From NCBI RefSeq assembly GCF_006345805.1, contig NC_042997.1:104966001-105030000 (forward strand): a stretch of DNA of 64,000 nucleotides, written 5' to 3'. This DNA is from Octopus sinensis (Eukaryota). The translations under genes were made by a program, and so were the position numbers. The notes beneath the pieces were generated by a model. It saw only the letters and a program-made list of their open reading frames with translations, had not been told where the DNA came from and ran no database searches. Shown in pieces: positions 51,208-64,000 of this stretch. The stretch's first letter is position 1, and each line of letters opens with the position of its first letter.

Positions 51208-51369
51208 GGCGCAGGAGTGACTGTGTGGTAAGTAGCTTGCTTACAAACCACATTGTACCGGGTTCAGTCCCACTGCGTGACACCTTGGGCAAGTGTCTTC
51301 TCCTATAACCTCGGGCCGACCAAAGCTTTGTGAGTGGATTTGGTAAACGGAAACTGAAAGAAGCCGGTC

Positions 51370-51453
<84 letters not shown>

Positions 51454-51660
51454 GTGTGTATATGTTTGTGTGTGTGTCCCAACATCGCTTGACAACCGAT
51501 GCTGGTGTGTCTACGTCCCCGTAACTTAGCGGTTCGGCAAAAGAGAACCGATAGAATACGTACTAGGCTTACAAATCCTGGGGTCGATTTGCTCGACAAA
51601 AAGCGGTACTCCAGCATGGCTATAGTCTAAATGACTGAAACAAGTAAAAGAGTAAAAGAG
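51208..51660 (+). mobile_element. SINE family A, full length
   Basis: Head-to-tail match to the other copies. Confidence 0.93.
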
Positions 51661-52440
51661 TAAGTAATTATATATTTTGTATTAATTGTTACTTATATGG
51701 TTTGATTTGTTTCAGTAGAAAATATGAGAAATTCCGTTTGTATCATCTAGAAACGACGTGTTTAAATTCGCTTTTTTTTTTTTCACTCGTTTATTCAAAT
51801 ACTGAAAGTGGTTCATAAACATGTGTTAGAAAGTAAACTACTGAATTACTCCCAGGGTAGCAGAGGTTGGATTTATACCTTAAGTTTCAAATTAAAATTT
51901 ATCTTCTACTCCAAACTCACTAAGCATCTGCCCCAAGAGTCCTTTTCATTGGGGATAAGATATTAATTAACTTGTTTTGGAGGTAACATCCGTAAAAACT
52001 TTATCAACGGGGATTGAAACTAACTGCGATATACGAAACGCTAACTAATCGTAATATTTTTGACATGCTCAAAACCCATATACACACAAAGTCATATATT
52101 TTTGTGAATATATTTATTTGTTATTGTGTATAACAGATTTTTTTCTTTTTATCTATCTCTTGAAATATTTAATCATAGAGTAGTTTTTTTTTCCGTGTGA
52201 GCGTATGTGTTGGTGGAATTCCCCTCCCTCATATATTAAGCTGAATTAATATTTAAGCATAAATTTTAGCTTAAATTACATCTAGATTATACGGAAAAGA
52301 CATGAATGAAGGATACATACATATTTATGTGTGTATGTATGTGTGTGAGAATGTACGTGCGTATTTATATGGGCACATACCATCCTTATATATATATTTA
52401 TGCTTATATATGTTTTTGTGTGTATGCATGCATATATATG

Positions 52441-52494
<54 letters not shown>

Positions 52495-53210
52495 AATTCA
52501 TATATATGTATATATATATATATACACATAAATATATATATACATCTATACATACATATATGTGTGTGTGTGTATTATTTTCTTTTATTTATTTTTTATA
52601 ATTTTTTATTTGTAAACTAATGTTTTTTCATGCAGAATTAAATTTCAACAAAAATTCTCTCCAAAATTGTATGTTTGAAAGATAAGGGGTGACAGTAAAT
52701 TTTGCATTCTAAATATAGCTCAAAGAGGAGAAAAAGAAGGAATGAGGGGGAAAAAAGCAGAGATTTTTTCAGTGATGACCACACCACACCTTTTTTTTCT
52801 TGAATAAGTCACCATCCTTAAACCCATTCCAATACAATGGTAAATGACTCTCTACCTATCTATCTCCCTGACTATCTATATATCTTTCTATCTATCTATC
52901 TATTTATCTATCAGCCTATCTACCTACTTATATCTATCTATATATCTTTCTATCTATCTATATATCTCCATTGTCATGGAATCTCACCCCAAAAAGCAAA
53001 AAGAATATTCTCCTCTTCTAAACAACTGCTCCCACCCCCCAAAAAAACAAACATCTACAAGTTATTCGTACATTCACAAAATTTTATTTGACAAGTTCGA
53101 GAAACGAACGAAACTCTAATAATAATGAAGAAATAAAAAGATCTTTTCCAAAATCCTGACGACTTTCTTTCTCAATATCCAATTTCTGTACACCACACCT
53201 AACACACACA

Positions 53211-53328
<118 letters not shown>

Positions 53329-53414
53329 CATATATATATCTTTTCCTGAGCGCCTATTAATAATAATACTGCAATTGTTCCATTGTTGTTGTTTTTTTGT
53401 TTCCCGTTTGGATT

Positions 53415-53481
<67 letters not shown>

Positions 53482-53564
53482 TATATACATTGTGTGTATG
53501 TGTGTGTGTACGTGCGTGTGTGTACTTTTGGTAGTTTAATCAGTGAATTGGGCTCCAAAATTAG

Positions 53565-53878
53565 TGTGATTGCTGATGAATTCATTTGAAAGCGTAAATA
53601 ACTATCGAAGTGTTCTTTACAGACCTCCATCTGTATACCTCGTACCTTTCAGATATATTCTGATACAGTATTTATATTCTGTCGGCCCGTTAACTGTGAT
53701 AGTATTGTGGCCTTACTTGAGAGGGATAAAGGTAGCGTCTTTGGTAAGATGCACTAGCATTTAGTTTGCTGGTTAATGTATCTTTCAGTTCCACGGTTAG
53801 GCGCTAGTTTTTCCAGTATCTTCTATGCATTTATCACTGCGTATCTGCTGCGTCTTCTCTCTAATCCCAGGAGGTTGT
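53565..53878 (-). mobile_element. L2/CR1-group LINE 3' remnant
   Basis: LLGLERRRSRYAVINA*KILEKLAPN...[17 protein letters not shown] (cf. SLERRRERY..WKILE...FK..LD.FL). Confidence 0.65.
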
Positions 53879-53999
53879 GTGTGCATACATTTATATTATA
53901 TATATATGTGTTTGTATGTATAGATGTACTAACATAATATACATAATATATATACACTTAAATATGTACGTGTGTGTCCGTGTGTGTGAGTGTGTGTGT

Positions 54000-54110
54000 A
54001 TGTATGTGCATGTGTGTGTGTTTGTGTGGCGTACTGAACCCTTCTGGAACACGTACGGCATTTCCTGGGCCAACTCCTCAATGATCCAAGGTTTAGCCAT
54101 CGTGCCTACC
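54000..54110 (-). mobile_element. Tc1/mariner (maT-like) transposase fragment
   Basis: YIETVGTMAKPWIIEELAQEMPYVFQKGSVRH, cf. VVKPWI...PYVFQQDSAP.H. Confidence 0.6.
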
Positions 54111-55631
54111 GTCTCGATATAGGCAAGAGAGTTTCTTAATCAAGAATGACATGAAGTTAAAGACAAATAAATAAATAATTAAATAAATAAATAAATATTT
54201 AATAAATAAATAAATAAAAATCTAGCATGTTTTTGTTTTGCTAACCTAATCTGCTCCAGAAACATCGCTAGATTTTGATGTAGTGAATTCTATTGCAATA
54301 TTATATTCGAAACATAATTTAATTAAATAAGTATTAAAATATAAGATGGTGAATTTTATTTAATTAACTAGTGGATACATTTGCAATGAGCCGTCTCTGC
54401 TTTGCAAAGAGGCTGAGCAGCAAATAAGAAACGGACTTACAATAGTAAAGTTTGTACCTTTCCTATAAAAACGTCAGGCACTTTCTCCATTGCATATAAT
54501 GAAATATAACACTTGGAGAAAACATTTTGAAAGCGATTATTAATTTAATATTTTAAATATATTCCTTGTAGTGAACTATTAGAGACAAGTAGATGATTAA
54601 ATATGGCTTTCTGGTTTGAAAAATAATTCTATACACATTGTTTTGCATGTTCAAATGGTTTACTTCAAAATAGACACAATAAATTCATTTTTGAAAAAGG
54701 TAAAAAATTTCAGTTTCCATGTCTTCGACACACAAAATACACTCGAGTTATTCCTGAAAATCTGTGGCGGAACAGCATGCACTACTGAGAATGATACATT
54801 CCAAAGTATGCTATTTACTGAAGTCCAAGCAATTATTTTTATATAGTATTTATGTAATCTATAAAAGGTAATATGATTATGTTGTAAGGTTAAACTGATC
54901 TGCTCCAACACAGTTTCTGAACAATTACATTTCGTATAATGCAGCCTGAGTTCCTAGTAACGTCAACGTTCTGACTGTTTCGTTGTTAATAAAGATTAAA
55001 ATTAACACTTGGATCAATATTGTGTCTGATGTGGAGAAAGGACATAATGTTTAAATGCTTCCTAACGGCATTGTTTTCAAACTGGAATATATGTACATAC
55101 CGATTTCTCTATCAAATTCTTTCAAAGAAATTTTTTTTTCTACTCAGCAGATTAGCTTTATAGATCTCAAATTATTTAACACTTATTTTATTGTTGTTGT
55201 ATATCTCACAATAGCTCTGCTTGGTCATACAGAGCGCATATGTAGTTTCGGTTGATCGAATACGTTTGACGTCCAAATCTATTCTTAAAACATCATACTG
55301 TACACACCGGCACGCAGCAGAAGCTTACTTCTATGGAATGCAGAGTTGCTACGTGATAATATTTTATTCTCTTTATTGTCAGGTATTCCATACGATTTTT
55401 TACTGTCAGGTATTCCGTTGAATTTAAATGAATAAGAGCAGTAAAAGTTGTAAAAAAAAAATACTATTACTTTGGCGTTAATTATATTGATAAAGAGATT
55501 CAAGTAAATTCCACCGCTTATCACTTATGTTGTCTTGCGATTCCTACCTAGACACTTGCCAAAATATTGCAAATTATTCTTTGCCTGACATCTGCGAATA
55601 GTTTTCACTAATTAATATTTCTAATAACTAA

Positions 55632-55830
55632 GGCAGCAAGGTGGCCGGATTGTTAGCGCGCCGGGCAAAATGCTTACAGACATTTTCTACGTCAATACGT
55701 CCAAATTCTGCCGAAGTCGACTTTACCTTTCATTCCTTTGGACTAGTTAGAATAAGTACCAGTTGAGCCCGATGTAATCAACTTAATCTCTTACCCCGAA
55801 ACTGCTGGCCTTGTGCAAAAATTTAAAACC
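55632..55830 (+). mobile_element. SINE family C with TSD
   Basis: Flanked by aatattttctaataactaa / aatatttcgaataactaa. Confidence 0.85.
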
Positions 55831-55924
55831 AATATTTCGAATAACTAACAATTCATTAAAATTTAGCAATTCCCTCCCTAAATAGGATAAACTTCCATGT
55901 TGAAATCAATAGTTGATATATTCT

Positions 55925-56135
55925 AAAGCGGTGAGCTGGCAGAGACGTTAGCACGCCGGGTGAAATGCTCAGCGGTATTGCGTCTACCGCTACGTTCTCA
56001 GTTCAAATTCCGCCGAGGTCGACTTTGCTTTTCATCCTTTCGGGGTCGATAATTTGCGTATTAGGGTCGATCTAATCGACTGGCCCTCTCCCCCAAAATT
56101 TCGAGCCTTGTGCCTAGAGTAGAAAAGAATATTTA
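55925..56135 (+). mobile_element. SINE family C with TSD
   Basis: Flanked by atatattct on both sides; well-preserved core gtcgactttgcttttcatcctttcggggtcgataa. Confidence 0.9.
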
Positions 56136-56992
56136 ATATATTCTGATAAATGTTTTAGTTGAACGTTATAGTTTCACACTTTTACCCCAGTTAATTGTAT
56201 ATAATTTTAATGTTGACATTTATATTTTTAACGGTGCTTATTTGTTTTGTAATTTTCTATATATACATGACAGACGATTAATATCTTCTTAATTCTACAT
56301 CTGTATAAAGCCTTCTCGCTCAGTAAAACAAAATTACTGGAATTTATACCATATCCCTTGTTTTGCTGCCGTAGCCAAAATTGATACTGCGACGTCGAGC
56401 GGAAGTAAAGCTTAAAGTCAATAAAATATACGAGGTGAAGCAATTTTCCTACCAGTTTAGTACCATTTAGCAGTTAATATGGTATTTTAACTTCCAGTAT
56501 ATTTATTCAGACTTTCTGTCTTTCTTTCCCTTTACTCTCTCTTAATGTCTTTAGGATTTTTATCACAGAGTTCTATAGCTATAACGAATTTCCTTTTTCG
56601 CAGAGACCACTGCTTTAATAATTAAATAATTAGATTTACTTTCAAATCTGTTATCGTGTATTAATTGAATTTTTTTTAAAAATAAAATTGTGACTCTTTA
56701 TCATTATTTACTGTGTAGTTATCTAAATTAGAAGCAACAGATATAGGGTTACAAATGGAACCAATTCTAAAGCAAATGGGAAATGTTTGCATACAGAAAT
56801 AAACATGTCTAATTATATGTATGTTTCTGTGGATGTATATGAATATGTGTATGTATAGTTATATGCATGTATATATGTGTAAGTATGTATATATATATAT
56901 ATATGTACATACATATATGTATGCGTGAATACATGTATACATATATGTGTGTGTGTGTATGTGTGTATGCAGAGACAGAGAAAGAGACAGAG

Positions 56993-56994
<2 letters not shown>

Positions 56995-57079
<85 letters not shown>
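56995..57079. repeat. (GATA)n microsatellite
   Basis: Read directly from the sequence. Confidence 0.97.
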
Positions 57080-57080
<1 letters not shown>

Positions 57081-58479
57081 GTTCAAAGCAACCTCATTTG
57101 TTTTGAACATGTATCCATAATACACTAGTACGTTAATGTTTCGAAGTAGCAATGTTCGGTTGAATACCATTATTCCATAATAGATGAATGAAAATAACGT
57201 TCGCACCAGTAAATTTACGTAACGATCAAGACTTAACGACATAATAATCAGTACCGTTACGAACGGTGAATGGGATAACTATGCAGTGTCTTAGGCTTGA
57301 CGTCATGATGTCAGTTAAATAGTTGTGTTGCACAACTCATGGTACAAATGGAAAGATATTTATATAAAACTTACACATTCTGAACGTTACCCATTAGACA
57401 TTTGTTTGAATTGTACTATAAAGCATATCACCTAAATGGACCTTCTTTTTAAGAGAAGGAAATGTTAAAAGTCCCTATACTATAGTTTCCCCAATGCTTG
57501 CTTAAAACGAAACGTTTTGAATTGCGAAGTTGTCTCATGACTCGTCTGTATATCTGCATTCTCTCACCCAATGCATTTCCGGTTTGTCCAATGTAAATAT
57601 TTTTGCAATTGCTAAATTTTATAAAGCATATGATTCTTGCTTTAGCAAGTCACATCAGCGTCAAGACACGTAGTGGTAACGAATATTGCCTTTAATTCAC
57701 TACCGGTATGATTTCAGTGAGAATTACCTCGACGATTGCTATTATATATAGCGAATTTTAATCATGTTTCTAATATATTCCTCATCAAATATTACTCGGA
57801 TCTATTACAGTTTCAGTTTTTCGACTATCTGTTGCTTTCAATTAAAATTTTCCTATTGATGTGGAGCTACTGATTCAGTATCGCTTTCACTGTAAATGTG
57901 ATCAGGTGACACCTTAAATCTTAACAACGATCAGGAAGTATTATATCGAGGAAATGTTTTATACCGACTCATTTCATCGACAATTTGATTTTTGGAAACC
58001 TATGTATTGTAACACATAGTCTGTAGTCGATACATAGTCTGCAAATTTACACGTTCAAATATTTCTTTTAGAAACATTGATATGAAATTACGCATACGAT
58101 TTTCTCTATCAGCTAATTCGATAATGAATGGAAGATGATCCACAGTGATGCAAAGACGTGAAACATTCGTCCGCCCCACTACGGGGAAAACAAAATTAAG
58201 TGGTTTAACCCTGTTAAATACTTAACAAAAGAAGCAAAAGTCTTTGAGCAGATTTCGATCTTCGAGAAATATAATGATTGTCAAAATTGTTTCAGATCCG
58301 CAAAGATTTCATATTGCATAGTAATTGAATTCTAAATTACAATTGCCCAGTGTATTCTATCATATTTCAAAGATATTTAAATAACATCCTTCAAGTTTTG
58401 CTTTAGCTTAATTTTGGAGCTAACTAGCCTTATCTCTCTTTCTCTTTCTCTCTTTCTAGGTCTGTATACACACACACAC

Positions 58480-58662
<183 letters not shown>

Positions 58663-58839
58663 TGAATAAATAAATAAATGGAGTTGATCGAAGATGTTAT
58701 TAAAATTCTTTCACTTTCGACATATGTTTCGAAGACAACATGGTTTTGTTCCAAAGGAATAAACGGTGTAAAATGCAATCTTCTCATCAGGAAAGAAAGA
58801 ATTTTCCATGTTAACGGTAAACATAGGATATTTCATTCG

Positions 58840-58905
<66 letters not shown>

Positions 58906-58919
58906 GATAATTCAGAGAC

Positions 58920-58971
<52 letters not shown>

Positions 58972-59699
58972 GATTGAATCCTTTTTAAAAGACAAGCAAG
59001 AAGGTCGAAAACTCTACGTCCACGTTAGAATGAAATTTATATCGAATGCTTTTGTAGAATGCCATTGTTGAATCTACTATTTTATGGGAGATTTCATAAG
59101 ATAGTGAAAAAAATTTCCTCCACATTTCTGCAAAATACTTTTGAGAAATTCACGAATAGCAGAACAGCAGAAGTTTGTTTGCTGGAACACCCTCTTATAA
59201 TGCGTCTAAGCATTTGTTGAGTAAAAATTTTTCAATCTTTTCTGGTGTCTACGAAAAATTTCCTGAAACTTCGGTTGGGTATGTTTGTATCAATTATGTT
59301 GCAATCATAATTTAGAGTGTACGTTAGTGTTTCTGCATTAAGCCTAAGTTATCTATTTTTAGAGCAACAAGCGATACACCTGTCAGTCCATTTATTGATT
59401 AGCTTTTGCTAATTCGGATTTGCAAAGAAACGTATCCTTAAATAAACGTGGAAACGTGTATCATTAAATGTCCTTGTCTTTCACACTTCAGGGAAGATGT
59501 TCTCCAAATAAGAAGCCTTCACGTTAATGATTTAGACATAGTCTCCGTTTGCTCACCTATGTAAAATTGATTCACTTTAATATTCGGTTTTTAGTTTATG
59601 TTAGCCTCTATAGTTTAAGTTAGCCTCAATGATAACTCACTGATAGACTCAAGGATAAACCATTGCCTATAAATCAACAAGTTCTAGATAACCAGGCTC

Positions 59700-60370
59700 T
59701 ACAATAAGAAAAGCATATTATAGAGATGAATAGTTCTAATGTGAGATAAATTCTATAAACCATAATCTTGTTTCAGAGCGGTCAAGAAAATACCATAGAG
59801 GACAATGTTATGTATGTTAAACTTAGAAAAAGAATTCATCGGATTCACTTTACAAGGTACAAATATTGATAATCTCAATAAATTTATTCACATGCGTACA
59901 GAGGTACATGTTAAGTTACATAACAGCAAAGAGGCTCTCAAAAGAGATTTCCATTATCTCTAACCAAATAGACTTGAAAATTTGCTAGATGATATAAAGG
60001 AATATCTACTAGAGTCATATTATTCTAGTTTCTACAGACGTATCTCATAAGTTATTCGTTTTACCTGTTTTTATCTTCACAATATACAACAAGTCCTAGA
60101 TACCAGGTTCAAAAGTAACAAATGCAGATTACACGGCTGACTAAGACCTGGAAGGAACACGCTACAAGCATAAACATTCTAAAACAACTAATACAATAAG
60201 GTTTCTGAAACAAAATACAATTAAGAAATCAGTTCGCTTTGCTTGACACTGCCAGAGAAGGGAAGCTGGTTAACTACACCTCAAATACAACATCGCATTA
60301 GTCACCTGTGAAAGTGTATGGCGATCAATGAACAGATGACGCTTGGTAGAAGATAGAGATGAATGAAGGA
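59700..60370 (+). mobile_element. Very old RTE-like LINE remnant
   Basis: Fragments WKEHAT and VRFA*HCQR, plus an AMN.DDAW-like end. Confidence 0.35.
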
Positions 60371-61547
60371 CCAGGATTATGCAAATCCGAAAGTGCTTGA
60401 TTCACCGACGATAATGTTATTCATATATCAAAGAGATCGTATACAATTTGTTTTAGGATGTTGCTTGTTTTATACATAGGCAGCCTCTTCAAGAGTGGTT
60501 GATTTATTGTAAGAAAGCACATCAAAATGGTTTGGTAACACTGAAAAATTTATAAACGAAGAGTAAATATTTCTATAACATGTCTTCAGGAAACGAATAT
60601 TTTTCCATATGTGCATATGTGTGTGCATATATAGACACAAACACACACACACTATATATATATACACACACAAACACACTATATATATGTATGTATGTGT
60701 GCATATATACATGTATTTATATATACTTACGTATATTTTATGTAGATGTGTACAAATATGTGTGTGTGTGTGTGTGTGTATGCCAGCAGCTATATCCATT
60801 CACACATTTATACATGTGTCTATGTTTTTGCCTGTCTTTCTCCATTTATATGTATGTATATGTGTATGTGTGCCAGTGCGTGTGTATATATGCCTGCGTC
60901 CGTGGGTGCCTGTGTATGTGCTTCTGTGCGCCTATGTGTGTGTGTGTATACATGCATATATTTACATATGATATTACTGCCATGTTTTATGGATGGAATT
61001 TTTGAAGTGGGATTGTCAACAGGAAGCAGGTGGGTGTTGAAGAGAGACATCTGCAGCAAAATATTAGAAAGTATTCTGACACATAAGCATGTGTAAACTC
61101 AAAAAGAAAACAGTTGCGGTGTTGGTGTCTTGGTACGGTGGTAAGGGTGATTGTAGTCATATTAGTGTTCTTTTTTTCTTTTTATTATAGTATGTAATAT
61201 TTCCTTTTTTTTTATTTCTTATTTTTATCTTGTTACAATCAACATTAGTAATGTCGTTAATGGTGATGATTGTGATAACGCTAATAATAATAATAACAAT
61301 GATGATAATGAGTAGGTGGAGAGGTGAGGAGAAGGAGGAGGGGGGTTAGCAATAATAATAATTTCTTAATTGGACAAGCTGTTTTATGAATAATTGCGGA
61401 AGGAAGACGAACAATTCTATAAAGTTGTTCTAATTAAAACGTATTTGCACATAAAATGAATTCGCGATCATTCGCAAAAAATCCAAATCACTTTATGACT
61501 TAGAATCCTTGTAATACTGTTGCATTCTTTATTCTTCCAGGTCTGTT

Positions 61548-61740
61548 ATCTTTTATCTTTTACTTGTTTGAGTCGAACAAATCGACCCTAAGTCTTATTA
61601 GTTTTTGAAACCTAGTTCTTATTCTGTCGCTCTCTTTTGCCGAACCACTAAGCTACGGGGACGTAAACACACGAACACCTGTTATCAAGCGGTCGTTGGG
61701 GACAAAAACCGATACAAAGACACGCACACATAGATACACA

Positions 61741-61815
<75 letters not shown>

Positions 61816-61972
61816 ACGATGAGCGTCTTTCAGTTTCCTTCAACCATATTTACTCACAAGGCATCGGTCGGTCCGAAGCTATAGTAAAAGACACTTGCCC
61901 GAGATGCCGTGGGACCGAACTCGGTACCATGTGGATGAAGACAAGCTTTTTACTACACAGCCACAACTGCCC
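61548..61972 (-). mobile_element. SINE family A with internal deletion
   Basis: cttttacttgttt...gccgaaccactaagctacggggacgtaaacac...gacacttgcccgag...acacagccac. Confidence 0.9.
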
Positions 61973-62834
61973 CTTGCTCAATATAAATAAAAAATTCTCT
62001 TGTTTTACTCATCTACTTTTCAGACATCCTAAATTATCCCCTCCAGGCCTCTTAGATCATTACTAAAGTATATAATCCATTTGACTGCGTAGCGATATTT
62101 CACTCACCAACACGCTAAGAGTGGCTCAAAAGCATATGATTTATTTATTTATTCATTGCCTCTGCTATTGATTCTATAACGACTACTACTTTTCTAAATT
62201 AGATATGTGCGTAATTACTATGCATAGACAATCCCACCTCTCATACCTCTCTTTATCTCGTCACACTCCTTGTATTTAATCTCCCAAATACCGCACTACA
62301 TATTTCGCACTGTTCTTCCGTAGGGCTATAACCTTTTGGACTCCACACCATGCTACGTTGTTTTTTACAGTAACTGAATTACAAATGCTTAAAGTCAATC
62401 ACTGAAAATCAGTCACATCAGTCTCATCGGAATATATGCAAATACAATAGTCTCAACACCTTAAGAGAACTTTCGCAATCCTTGATTTCAGTCTACTTCA
62501 GCTGAACCAAACACCAGCTCATACTCTACTGTGCTCACTTGAAATGCACACCGGCTCATACTCTAATATCCTCAACTGAAATAGGCATAGGTCTCCTTCT
62601 CTTTCTCTCTCTCCCTCTCTCTCACAGACAGCTGACATATCCTGGATGTTTTGCCGAGTCATGAGTAGGAAGGGCGAATTGGGGTCTATGCCAGCTGGCG
62701 GCTATTGAGGTACCTAAAAGAATTAGCGAAAGCAGGCTACTTATTGCCAAGTCATACTCGTTTGTGGATTAGGTCTTCGTTTTTATAAAGTATTTTGGAG
62801 CAAGCTTACAAATACATAGACAGTCATATATAGG

Positions 62835-63027
62835 TTTTAAATTTTGACTCAAGACCAGCCTTTTGATGGGAAAGGGGGAAGTCGATTACGTCGATTCCAG
62901 TACTCAACTAGTACTTATTTTACTAACCTCGAAAGGATGAAAGATAAAGGCGGAATTTGAGCTCAGAACGTTAAGTCAGAGAGAATGCCGCTAAGCGTTT
63001 TGCGATCTTACCAGTTCGCTGCCTTAG
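62835..63027 (-). mobile_element. SINE family C (first of tandem pair)
   Basis: gaaaggatgaaag...ccagttcgctgcctta. Confidence 0.85.
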
Positions 63028-63049
63028 ATATGGACAGTCATATATTAAT

Positions 63050-63258
63050 TAGTTTCACATTTTGGCAGAAGGCCAGTAATTTGGGGGTAGGGATAAATCG
63101 ATTACATTAATACCCCAGTGCTCAACTGGTACTTATTTTATTGACTCCGAAAGGAGGAAAGTAAAGACGATCTCGGCGGAATTTGAACTCAGAACTTAAG
63201 TACAAACAAAATACCGATGTGTTTTGCCCGGTGTGTTAACGATTCTCAGTTCGCCATA
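63050..63258 (-). mobile_element. SINE family C (second of tandem pair)
   Basis: gaaaggaggaaag...cagttcgccata. Confidence 0.85.
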
Positions 63259-63283
63259 ATATATGGACAGTCATATAGTATTA

Positions 63284-63517
63284 AAGTAATCCTTCGACAT
63301 CGCAGGTGTTACGTTTCAAAAAACCTCCCATAGAAATAATTAAACTCTAAAAAAATATAAATACCTATAGGCTGCTGTAACCCGCGATATACTGAGTCAG
63401 CGATATAAATTTACATATATTAGCCAGAAAAATCCGCGATGTACTGAGTGCGTGATAGGTGAACCATAATATACTGAGTGCGTGATAGTTGAACCGCGAT
63501 AACGTGAAGGATTACTG
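63284..63517. mobile_element. Tigger/pogo-type MITE
   Basis: TA-flanked TIRs (c/a)agtaatccttc...atcgc(a/g)g; internal 30-bp tandem tactgagtgcgtgatag.tgaacc. Confidence 0.8.
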
Positions 63518-64000
63518 TAATTACAAAACTTCGTGTAATCGTGTTCCTTCAATATTTTACAGATTTTAACTTAATGCCTTCACGTTATACAGCTACAGTT
63601 CAATTGTTTGTAAGCGCTCATCATAAGGTTATTCAGTCAGGGAAAGTATCAATTTTAAATGCACTAAAGATATTTCCTCCAAAATATAATATTTTATGGC
63701 AATATGTGTATCAATTGCATCGTTCGGGAAAATATTTGAAATAAATGCAGCGCTAGAAGCAATCTATAAAGACGTATTCTTATGTTGTTATAGAAAAATT
63801 TTTAGAAATTTTTCTCAATTTCATTTTCTTTCTTTTTGTCCGTTGTACTTTTTTGCTTTTTAATCATATTATTTTTTATTCACTTTTTATGCATTCGAAA
63901 TTTATTACAATATCAGCTATTTTAACTTCTGGCTGATTACACACAATGAAATTTTCCATCTCACAAACATACATACAAACATCACCCTTACATATACACT

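Noticed and set aside
62628-62709. AG/GT-bounded + strand exon after a CT tract
   Set aside because: Stops in all three frames and no neighbouring exons; the CT microsatellite mimics an acceptor.

Overview
AT-rich, microsatellite-saturated eukaryotic DNA. The SINE families and (TA)n/(TACA)n/(TAA)n load point to an octopus or other coleoid genome (inference). Most ORFs in the supplied track are microsatellite artefacts. The only host-gene evidence is a set of + strand exons at about 1-10.7 kb. They encode the C-terminal part of a protein I cannot identify, and the best-supported exons are 982-1155, 10418-10516 and 10591-10683. The rest is layered mobile DNA. It includes a TIR/TSD-bounded hAT (SPIN/Buster-like) element at 1412-4750 and a near full-length R4/Dong-type REase LINE at 21291-24844. 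Several R4 3' fragments and a ~550-nt non-tRNA repeat (my 'family D') sit in (TAA)n arrays in the same polarity. An internally deleted Gypsy element at 28509-30114 keeps both LTRs, a PPT and a 5-bp TSD. A composite at 30120-30508 joins a tRNA-like head to a Penelope-type hammerhead-ribozyme tail. There are also RTE, Tx1 and L2/CR1-like LINE remnants, mariner/Tigger/hAT MITEs, two long foldback elements and about 30 tRNA-derived SINE copies (my families A, B, C, E). I found no CRISPR, rRNA or genuine tRNA gene. All family assignments come from recalled motifs, not database searches.
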